A DNA stretch of 56,407 nt from a virus (taxonomy: Duplodnaviria; Caudoviricetes): positions 1-56,407 of the IMG/VR virus record IMGVR_UViG_3300034407_000510. One strand, given 5' to 3'. Positions 8,860-15,581 of the stretch are shown here, one piece after another. Below the pieces are notes generated by a model that saw only the letters and a program-made list of their open reading frames with translations, did no database searches and was not told the origin of the DNA. Each line of letters opens with the position of its first letter. Position 1 is the first letter of the stretch. A program made the position numbers and the translations under genes.

Positions 8860-10337
8860 TAATAATTCCTTTTAACGTTATTCTGTGGTTCATCCACATA
8901 ATCTTCAGGGTGTTGTATCAAACCACCTTGTCTGAATCGCATGATTGCTTGTGTGGTTGAGTCCACAAGGTCGTCATGATCGCCGTAGGGAAATGCTGCG
9001 CATTCTTCCATGACATCGTCTGCGAATTTCTGCTCCGGACACCATATCATACCAGATTCAAATAAAGGTGCAACAGAATTCACACGTGCGTGCTTGTCGT
9101 TTCCTTTTGATGGTGTGAAGTTTACAACAGGTATATCCATGTTCCTTAGTTCGTAAGTTAAGGGCAAACCACTAGCTTTTGCCTCAATAATCACTGATTC
9201 AGGTTGCCAGTATTTATATTGTTCTAATGCAAGACGACGTAACTCTGGAAACTCATAACGTCCTTTGACTGCATCAAGAAGCATTAAATTGGCTGGTTCG
9301 TCCTCTGATGGATAGAATACTCCCCATGTCGTTATCGCACTGTAGTCTGCAGTTTCTTTTTTTAAAAATGCTGTATCATAACTTTGTATGACATGATGTA
9401 GTGTTGGTATCCAATCGTTTGGCCATATCCTCCACCACTCACGTTTTAAGATTGCTCCTTCTTCTGCTGTTGGATTTTGCATCCACTGTGCATTCCATTT
9501 ACCCGTGGGCAGTGTTGCTTGTACCTTCTCAAGCTCATCTAGTTTCCAATACTCAGGCCAAACAGGTGCAGCGTCCTTTGATCCGTGGTCCAAGATTGCC
9601 GGAAATTCGACCACGTGCCATTGATCAGCTTTCGCTTCTTTTTGGTTTGCTAGTAATTTTCCTGTTAGATCTTTGTTAGACCAACGAGTCATAACCAATA
9701 CAATTTTACCACCAGGTTGCAAACGCTGACGTGGACCTGATGTATACCACTCATACGCTGACTCCATGGCTGTAGGTGACAATGCATCTTGCTCTGAGTG
9801 CGGGTCGTCAATGATTAATAAATCTGCACCACGTCCAGTGATCGCACCACCAACACCGGCGGCGAAGTATTCACCACCTTGTGATGTCTCCCAACGTCCT
9901 GCTGCTTTACTATCTTCTTGTAGGGTTGTTTTAAAAATTTTAGAATAATCTTCTGAGTCGATTAGGTTCTTTGCTTTACGACCAAACCTGACTGCGAGTT
10001 CACCCGTGTGGGTAGCTTGAATGATCTTGAGCCTTGGCTCACGGCCCACCATCCATGCTGGCAAAAGATAAGATGCAAATTCAGATTTTGTATGCCTAGG
10101 AGGCATATTAATGATCAATCGATTTATTTCACCTGATGCTAATTTATTAAATTTATCTGCAATGTGTCTGTGATGGGACCCCTCTACAAATTCTGGCCAC
10201 ACACATTTTACAAAACTTAGAAAGTCATCTTTAGCTTTGTTCTGTATCTTTTTTTCTGCATGCATGACCTTCAATCTTAAAAATTGTTTACGGACGTCTG
10301 CAGGCAGTTTGCTTATATCTACTGTATTCAAATTCAT
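8856..10337 (-). CDS. terL: Terminase large subunit
   Basis: Walker A-like MPPRHTKSE, Walker B LLIIDDPH, coupling motif VMTRW, RNase H-like SYDTA and HDDLVDSTTQA. Confidence 0.95.
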   Translation of the reverse strand: MNLNTVDISKLPADVRKQFLRLKVMHAEKKIQNKAKDDFLSFVKCVWPEFVEGSHHRHIADKFNKLASGEINRLIINMPPRHTKSEFASYLLPAWMVGREPRLKIIQATHTGELAVRFGRKAKNLIDSEDYSKIFKTTLQEDSKAAGRWETSQGGEYFAAGVGGAITGRGADLLIIDDPHSEQDALSPTAMESAYEWYTSGPRQRLQPGGKIVLVMTRWSNKDLTGKLLANQKEAKADQWHVVEFPAILDHGSKDAAPVWPEYWKLDELEKVQATLPTGKWNAQWMQNPTAEEGAILKREWWRIWPNDWIPTLHHVIQSYDTAFLKKETADYSAITTWGVFYPSEDEPANLMLLDAVKGRYEFPELRRLALEQYKYWQPESVIIEAKASGLPLTYELRNMDIPVVNFTPSKGNDKHARVNSVAPLFESGMIWCPEQKFADDVMEECAAFPYGDHDDLVDSTTQAIMRFRQGGLIQHPEDYVDEPQNNVKRNYY

Positions 10338-10506
10338 TTAAAATTTTTTAAAAAATTTTTTGCATCATGTTTACGATGTTGAAAATGTTTTTACCAGGTA
10401 AAACTGTCTAAATCAAGCAATACAACCTAGAGTAGTGGGACCCCTTTACATATAAAAGGGGGGATGGGGTCTTAATTATTTTCTATATTTGGATTTGGTT
10501 CGGGAC

Positions 10507-10532
10507 CCCTGGGCCACGTTAGTGGCCCAGGG
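10507..10532. terminator. GC-rich hairpin after the early operon (terminator-like, no U-tract)
   Basis: CCCTGGGCCAC-GTTA-GTGGCCCAGGG, perfect 11-bp stem just past the DUF3846 stop. Confidence 0.55.
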
Positions 10533-10540
10533 AAGAAAGG

Positions 10541-10846
10541 TTATGCCCAATTTTTTAGAGCATGTTTCTTGATGTAGAGCGCAGGCCCTACAACAAAGTC
10601 ATCATATCCAAATGCATACTTGTCTTTAGTGAATGTCATTCTCCAAAGTAAAGTTGCCTCGGGATTAAGAGGTAGTTGCATTAACTTGCCCTCTTCGTTT
10701 ATTATTAATAAGTCTCCATTCGGAAACGTTATACACTCAACCATGCCACCTACAAAGTCCTGCGCCTCTTTAAGTGTTGGAGTATTCTTTTCGTCGTCAA
10801 TGATCTTAAACTCGCTGACGTCTGTGTTTGTTTTTGTTTGTTCCAT
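10541..10846 (-). CDS. DUF3846-family protein
   Basis: LKEAQDFVGGMVE...IINEEGKLMQLPLNPEAT...VVGPA signature. Confidence 0.8.
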   Translation of the reverse strand: MEQTKTNTDVSEFKIIDDEKNTPTLKEAQDFVGGMVECITFPNGDLLIINEEGKLMQLPLNPEATLLWRMTFTKDKYAFGYDDFVVGPALYIKKHALKNWA

Positions 10847-10878
10847 ATTATACCTTTCTTGTTAATAGGATTATCCTA

Positions 10879-11205
10879 TCAACTTTGTCTAGTTTCGTCA
10901 ACCTCTAATTTTGTAGTTGTATAACTTCCATAACTATATTCATGACGTTCTTTTGTAGGGTCCTTGATTGGTGTTTCAAGGCACTCGGTCCTCGGTGCAA
11001 TGGCTACGATTTCATTAACGTACTTGTGGAAGAAATCATTGTAGCAACCTTGACTACAAAACAATGACCATGCATTACCATTATTCCAATTGTTTAATTT
11101 AATCTTACGAGTTCTCAAAACCTTTGAGCCCTTGACACCTCGCACTCTGTCAACAGTATGTCTGGTATGGCACTCTGGTCCATGACACCAATTAAAATCG
11201 CTCAT
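10879..11205 (-). CDS. Zinc-binding hypothetical early protein (start moved to MSDFNWC)
   Basis: CHGPEC...FCSQGC; AGGAG SD and ATGA overlap at 11202-11205. Confidence 0.7.
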   Translation of the reverse strand: MSDFNWCHGPECHTRHTVDRVRGVKGSKVLRTRKIKLNNWNNGNAWSLFCSQGCYNDFFHKYVNEIVAIAPRTECLETPIKDPTKERHEYSYGSYTTTKLEVDETRQS

Positions 11206-11282
11206 ACTAAAACTCCTATTGTCATCAATACCATAAACACTACGAAGAATGTCCAAATTACTGCAAGTTCTTTTATGTTCAT
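11202..11282 (-). CDS. 26-aa single-pass membrane peptide (not in the ORF track)
   Basis: MNIKELAVIWTFFVVFMVLMTIGVLV; TAATG overlap upstream and ATGA overlap downstream. Confidence 0.7.
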   Translation of the reverse strand: MNIKELAVIWTFFVVFMVLMTIGVLV

Positions 11283-11470
11283 TAGTGCCTCACTTTCCAT
11301 GTTGTAGTTGCAGTTCTATAACCATGTGCGTCTAGATCATAATAAACATAATAAGGTGTTCCATTTTTAGAAACTCCATATCTGCTTTTCTCGTCATGTT
11401 TGCCTTGTCTAGTAATATGTTTTTTGTGCTTACTAGCCCAATAAGTTATGTAGAATGTTTTGTTTGTCAT
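11282..11470 (-). CDS. Hypothetical early protein (62 aa)
   Basis: AGAAAGG SD; own sigma70-like promoter. Confidence 0.75.
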   Translation of the reverse strand: MTNKTFYITYWASKHKKHITRQGKHDEKSRYGVSKNGTPYYVYYDLDAHGYRTATTTWKVRH

Positions 11471-11485
11471 TTATACCTTTCTGTT

Positions 11486-11523
11486 ATGTAAGGGATATTA
11501 TAGGATATCCCTTACATTGTCAA
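11486..11523 (-). promoter_or_regulatory. Sigma70-like promoter within a 13-bp inverted repeat
   Basis: TTGACA(11523-11518)-17 nt-TAATAT; ATGTAAGGGATAT/ATATCCCTTACAT inverted repeat at 11486-11517. Confidence 0.75.
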
Positions 11524-11526
11524 ACA

Positions 11527-12489
11527 TTAATTTAAACTATTTTGTTGTTCTTGTAATAGTTGTTTTGCAATCGCAATCTTCTCATCACGAGTTTGTTCAA
11601 CCTCATCAGTTAAAAGATCAGCTAAATTACTCGGACTATAAATTGATAAAGCCATACTAGAATGTGCGTCTAATATACTTTCATTTAAAACTACACCAAG
11701 TTTATCAGCTAGTTCTTTTGCTTGGTCAAAGTATCTGTAAGATTTCAAACCAAGTTTTAGTTTTTCCATTTTTTTATTTACATGGTCAAATAAACATTGA
11801 TGATTTCTTACAACCTCTTGTTCAGCAGTTTTGAAAAGTTGAAAAAACTCAAACTCTGCAGAGTTGGTATCAAACTTTCTACTATGACAATATGATGTTC
11901 CAATTACCCAAAGTTTGAAATCATTTTCCCACTCATCTTTAGGAAACATTTGGGACTTGCTTACATCATTACGACTACCAAAACCCAAAAACTTATCAAC
12001 TTGACTTTCGGAATTATAATAAGTCGGATTTCTTTTTTCGTAGTTGTCGCCTAATCTAACATTGAAATCTGCGTCAATGCCTTTTGCTTTTATCTCATCA
12101 CGATAGTAAGAAGTTAGAAAGTCCTTATCCATGTCGCCAAACTTAATATGAACATCATCATAATATTCTTTTTTATTTCCATTATAATCAGTTTCATATT
12201 TTGGTGTAGAGTTTTGAATATAAAAACAATTATCATGGTAAAGATCGCCACCACTACTACCATACTTTTTAATCATAGAACGAATTGTATCTATATCTTC
12301 TTGTGGTTGATGATTTCTTACTAAAACTTCCATACGAATTTTTGCCTCTTTTCGTAAAGAGTTGTAAGTGTCTTTTGCTTGTTGCCATGATTTCTTAAAT
12401 TTTGAATTATCTTCAAAATGATTTTGAAATACATCAGCAATCACTTTTCGCTTATCTGCGTTAAGTGTTATTCTTTTTTGTTTTTCCAT
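11527..12489 (-). CDS. Unknown 320-aa early protein (start moved to MEKQKR); weak Nmad5-like resemblance
   Basis: GAAAGGA SD before the ATG at 12489; RITLNADKRKVI N-terminus and LKSYRYFDQAKEL C-terminus loosely recall Nmad5 (unverified). Confidence 0.7.
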   Translation of the reverse strand: MEKQKRITLNADKRKVIADVFQNHFEDNSKFKKSWQQAKDTYNSLRKEAKIRMEVLVRNHQPQEDIDTIRSMIKKYGSSGGDLYHDNCFYIQNSTPKYETDYNGNKKEYYDDVHIKFGDMDKDFLTSYYRDEIKAKGIDADFNVRLGDNYEKRNPTYYNSESQVDKFLGFGSRNDVSKSQMFPKDEWENDFKLWVIGTSYCHSRKFDTNSAEFEFFQLFKTAEQEVVRNHQCLFDHVNKKMEKLKLGLKSYRYFDQAKELADKLGVVLNESILDAHSSMALSIYSPSNLADLLTDEVEQTRDEKIAIAKQLLQEQQNSLN

Positions 12490-12514
12490 ATTTATATTTC
12501 CTTTCATAAAAATT

Positions 12515-12553
12515 GTTTTAGCACTTGACAATAGGATAGTCAAGGATTATATT
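12515..12553. promoter_or_regulatory. Overlapping divergent sigma70-like promoters
   Basis: Plus: TTGACA(12525)-17-TATATT(12548); minus: TTGACT(12543)-17-TAAAAC; CTTGAC-N9-GTCAAG palindrome. Confidence 0.75.
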
Positions 12554-12559
12554 GTATTT

Positions 12560-12970
12560 ATTCTATTAAGTTCAAAACTTACCTCTGATAGATACTGACC
12601 TCTTTTTGCTGTAGAACGGTCGTTAAACTTTGAAACAGTAGGGCAGATCCAGTGTCACACCACGCTCCTTGCGTCGTCTTCACTGGATACTGATCCCTGG
12701 TCTAATAAAGGTAGTTAACTGCGCAGACCGACTGTTAGACCTGGGATCAGTAGGTCTGCAGGAAATAGATATACATCCCTGCTGATCCCTGGTCCATTGC
12801 TAGTCAGGAATAATCCGCGGTGATGTGATGGACCAGGGATCAGTGAGCACTGGATACAGTGATAGGCCCTGGTGCACCGGTAAACAATTGCCGCTGGGCC
12901 TCAGCCTCACTGGTCCTGCATTGCGCCGGAGAGTAAGTTCAGCTATTGCTTTAGAACTGGTAAGGCGCAA
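12560..12970 (+). ncRNA. Candidate structured ncRNA / hairpin array
   Basis: No ORF of 60 aa or more; follows a near-consensus promoter; back-to-back hairpins, including two CTGATCCCTGGTC stems with compensatory changes and G-U extensions. Confidence 0.7.
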
Positions 12971-12993
12971 GCTGCAAGAAAGGAAAAAAATTT

Positions 12994-13176
12994 ATGAGTA
13001 GAAGACCCGGAAGAGGAATGCAAAAAGTTTACATTGGCCACCTGCGCTGGCTTCAGGACCAGGGCCCAAGCTACAAGCAGCAAGCGACAAGCTGCAAGCT
13101 TCAAGCCGCAAGCTTGACAAGGGACCTGTATTGTGTTATAGGATATTCAAGGAGAAAGAAATATGAAAGTAAATGA
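12994..13176 (+). CDS. Hypothetical protein spanning a heptamer array (doubtful)
   Basis: AAAGGA SD present, but the 3' half is made of CAAGCNN repeats and the gp88 promoter. Confidence 0.35.
   Translation: MSRRPGRGMQKVYIGHLRWLQDQGPSYKQQATSCKLQAASLTRDLYCVIGYSRRKKYESK
13067..13115 (+). repeat. Tandem heptamer array A, (CAAGCNN)x7
   Basis: CAAGC at 13067, 13074, 13081, 13088, 13095, 13102 and 13109; NN = TA, AG, GA, TG, TT, CG, TT. Confidence 0.95.
13114..13144 (+). promoter_or_regulatory. Sigma70-like promoter of gp88
   Basis: TTGACA(13114)-17-TATAGG, overlapping the TAGGAT motif; AAGGAG SD follows. Confidence 0.6.
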
Positions 13177-13762
13177 AGCATTAAAAATTACAGACAGCTT
13201 CACCAGAACAAGCAAGATGCCGGGCCTGAGTTACAGTCTTCCCGCGTGGGAATGCAAGACCGGCTGGAAGCTGTCACAGGTAGAGGGCACGCCCTGCTTT
13301 TTCTGTTACGCTAAGAAGGGCAACTATACCAGATACCCGGCAATCAAAGAAGCTCAATACAGGAGACTAAAAGCAATTAACCATCCGGACTGGGTCCAGG
13401 CCATGGCTACCGTGATCAAGCGCCAGAAGTTTTTTAGATGGCACGACGCCGGCGATGTACAGAGCCCTGAACATATGCAAAAAATTTTAGAGGTATGCAG
13501 GTTAACACCAGACACGAAGCACTGGCTGCCAACGCAAGAGCGGCAGTACCTGCCAGCACCTGAAGAGGTTCCAGCTAACCTGGTGATCCGGCTGTCACGT
13601 AGCAAGATAGACGGACCTGTGCCAGCTGCCTGGTCTCATGATTCAGGAGTCACGACTGGCGAAGCTCGAACCTGTCCAGCCCCGGACCAGGGCGGCAAGT
13701 GTTTAGATTGCAGAGCCTGCTGGAATAAAGAAATTAAAAGTGTTATATACGGCAAGCATTAA
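13163..13762 (+). CDS. Gp88-family protein (radical-SAM-like Fe-S protein)
   Basis: SKMPGLSYSLPA..C..CFFCYA, FRWHDAGD, NLVIRLS, CPA...CLDCRACW. Confidence 0.85.
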   Translation: MKVNEALKITDSFTRTSKMPGLSYSLPAWECKTGWKLSQVEGTPCFFCYAKKGNYTRYPAIKEAQYRRLKAINHPDWVQAMATVIKRQKFFRWHDAGDVQSPEHMQKILEVCRLTPDTKHWLPTQERQYLPAPEEVPANLVIRLSRSKIDGPVPAAWSHDSGVTTGEARTCPAPDQGGKCLDCRACWNKEIKSVIYGKH

Positions 13763-14046
13763 TGAGTTTTACATTTAAACATCCAAAGTATTATACAGAA
13801 TTACGTAAGCTGCGTAATAAATCGGATCAGGCCATTAGCTATGGGACGGCATCGACGGATGACGCTGGCGTGCGACCTGATCCGGGCCTCAAGCAATGTG
13901 ACTCTCAGGTGGTGAACCAGGTAAAGCTGTCATCACAGTCACAAGCTTCAAGCGCCAAGCTCACTAAGCAACAAGCGGCAAGCGTCAAGCCCCGTGGCAC
14001 AAGCATCAAGCTTCAAGCCGCAAGCGTCAAGCTCCATGATTCTTGA
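13762..14046 (+). CDS. Hypothetical protein coupled to gp88; C-terminal half is repeat-derived
   Basis: TAATG overlap supports the start; the rest reads through a hairpin and array B. Confidence 0.4.
   Translation: MSFTFKHPKYYTELRKLRNKSDQAISYGTASTDDAGVRPDPGLKQCDSQVVNQVKLSSQSQASSAKLTKQQAASVKPRGTSIKLQAASVKLHDS
13823..13884. other. Branched hairpin closed by CGGATCAGG/CCTGATCCG
   Basis: Perfect 9-bp closing stem with inner CCAT/ATGG and CATC/GATG helices. Confidence 0.6.
13942..14032 (+). repeat. Heptamer array B (11 CAAGC plus 1 TAAGC)
   Basis: CAAGC at 13942, 13949, 13956, 13972, 13979, 13986, 14000, 14007, 14014, 14021 and 14028; TAAGC at 13965. Confidence 0.95.
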
Positions 14047-14316
14047 ACCACGGAAAAGTTTCACGGTGCCTGGACCAAGGGCCTCTACCATAATAAAGGT
14101 GTTGTGTGGATGACGTGTGTGGAAGCTAATTTGGTGTGGTGAGAATCGTATTTTATTCCCTTTGCATACCTTCAATTCTATTGTGAAAAAGTGGCCAGAA
14201 GCATTGCAGACCAATAGATCAGGAGTCCCATGTAAGCTATTATTTTCAAGTCGTATAAGCGAAAATTTTTTAAACTTTCTTTTAATTTTTTCATAAAATT
14301 TCTGTTCTGGTTTCAA
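13948..14316 (-). CDS. PD-(D/E)xK nuclease, VRR-NUC / Holliday junction resolvase-like
   Basis: E...RLEN...GTPDLL...TIELK...SPHQISFH. Confidence 0.8.
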   Translation of the reverse strand: MKPEQKFYEKIKRKFKKFSLIRLENNSLHGTPDLLVCNASGHFFTIELKVCKGNKIRFSPHQISFHTRHPHNTFIMVEALGPGTVKLFRGSRIMELDACGLKLDACATGLDACRLLLSELGA

Positions 14317-14322
14317 GGGAAC

Positions 14323-14562
14323 TTAGTAGTCCTTTTGAAGCTTCTCAGGTAAGATAAGACTTGATGCTTTTTGAGTTTTAAGAACTAATCTGTGTGCACT
14401 ATGACCAGGTTGACCTATGATAGGATGAACATTCTCATGTACTTCCATACGTCTAATGGCATGTAACTTACCATTAATCTCTACAAAGATAACTGCGTTC
14501 TTGACTGCATCAGACCCTTCAGTAAAGGAACCTAAAAATTGTTGTAAGTCCTGTACTCTCAT
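14323..14562 (-). CDS. Hypothetical protein (79 aa)
   Basis: ATGA coupling with the upstream gene. Confidence 0.7.
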   Translation of the reverse strand: MRVQDLQQFLGSFTEGSDAVKNAVIFVEINGKLHAIRRMEVHENVHPIIGQPGHSAHRLVLKTQKASSLILPEKLQKDY

Positions 14563-14750
14563 GAATCTTTTCTTAACTTAGATGATAAGTCCTCTATCAC
14601 TTTTTTATAACCTTGCAACAAATTTTTATTTTTTTCATTCTCTGATGCAATTTGTTTTAATTCCCAAATTTCTTTTTTTAAACTATCAATCAAAGCGTTA
14701 TATCCATCAATGACTTTCAAAAGTTCGTCTGGTGTTTTATGTACTTTCAT
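14559..14750 (-). CDS. Coiled-coil hypothetical protein (63 aa)
   Basis: Heptad pattern; directly after a promoter. Confidence 0.65.
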   Translation of the reverse strand: MKVHKTPDELLKVIDGYNALIDSLKKEIWELKQIASENEKNKNLLQGYKKVIEDLSSKLRKDS

Positions 14751-14753
14751 GTA

Positions 14754-14787
14754 TTGACTTTATAGGATAGTTCCCTTAAAAAGTCAA
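14754..14787. promoter_or_regulatory. Overlapping divergent promoters for terS and the 63-aa ORF
   Basis: TTGACTTT...AAAGTCAA inverted repeat; plus TTGACT-17-TAAAAA, minus TTGACT-17-TATAAA. Confidence 0.65.
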
Positions 14788-14789
14788 CT

Positions 14790-15314
14790 ATGGGAGTTCC
14801 AAAAAGATTAACAGAAATGCAACAGCGCTTCGCTGAGTTCTTGGTATTCGGTGGACCCGAAGGACCAATGACTAAACGTGAAGCAGCTATAGCTGCAGGT
14901 TACAGTAAAGATAGAGCTATGAGAGAAGGATCAGAGTTAACTAATCCCAAATACTCTCCACTTGTTGTCAAGTATATCGGTGAACTGAAAGAAGAAAGAT
15001 TACGTAAACACGAAGTAACTTACGAAGGTCACATTGCAGAACTTGCTAGACTACGTGAAGCCGCTTTGAAAAAAGGATCATTCTCTTCAGCAGTGAACGC
15101 GGAAGCAAACAGAGGAAAAGCAGCAGGATTATACATAGATAGGAAAATAATAAAAACAGGAAAACTAGAGGACATGTCAGAACAAGAGCTAGAAGCAAAA
15201 ATGAAACAGATCTTAGACGATTACTCACAGATAATTGATGTGACTCCATCTGCTATAACTTCTGAATCTTCTTCACCCAATGACGAGGAATCATCGTCCG
15301 ATCCCCAAAAGTAA
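14790..15314 (+). CDS. terS: Terminase small subunit
   Basis: LTEMQQRFAE...AAIAAGYSKDRAMREGSEL HTH, AEANRGKAAGLY, LEDMSEQEL. Confidence 0.85.
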   Translation: MGVPKRLTEMQQRFAEFLVFGGPEGPMTKREAAIAAGYSKDRAMREGSELTNPKYSPLVVKYIGELKEERLRKHEVTYEGHIAELARLREAALKKGSFSSAVNAEANRGKAAGLYIDRKIIKTGKLEDMSEQELEAKMKQILDDYSQIIDVTPSAITSESSSPNDEESSSDPQK

Positions 15315-15540
15315 TACCATCCTCATCCTTATCATACGACGCAAACATCTTAATATGTTTATCTGTCTTCTCGTACAACCAACCTTCATTGACTGGATAA
15401 GATAGTTTCATCTTATCAAATTCTTTTTCGTTAGCCCAGCCAGAGTCACTGACGCAGTCGACCCACTCCACTCTAACTTTCGGAAAAGGTATATCGGTAG
15501 ATCTATCAGTTAACGACAATTTTCTTCTTTTCCTAGGCAT
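15253..15540 (-). CDS. Conserved phage hypothetical protein (VEWVDC..DSGW)
   Basis: Common phage motif; extended -10 promoter (TGcTATAAT) directly upstream. Confidence 0.75.
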   Translation of the reverse strand: MPRKRRKLSLTDRSTDIPFPKVRVEWVDCVSDSGWANEKEFDKMKLSYPVNEGWLYEKTDKHIKMFASYDKDEDGITFGDRTMIPRHWVKKIQKL

Positions 15541-15581
15541 GTATAGGATTATAGCACAGATTTAAAAAATAAAAATATACA

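Noticed and set aside
12652-12664. GTCACACCACG similarity to 16S rRNA, and tRNA-like fragments in the loops
   Set aside because: The matches are too short; there is no cloverleaf, T-loop or rRNA context.
12688-12843. Hammerhead ribozyme suggested by CTGAT
   Set aside because: The core CUGANGA and a correctly placed GAAA are absent; CTGAT lies inside the stem.
12560-12970. CRISPR or TIGR array
   Set aside because: Repeats are inverted pairs enclosing loops rather than direct repeats with spacers; no cas operon or recognisable Nop-domain gene, and no regular dual short-spacer pattern.
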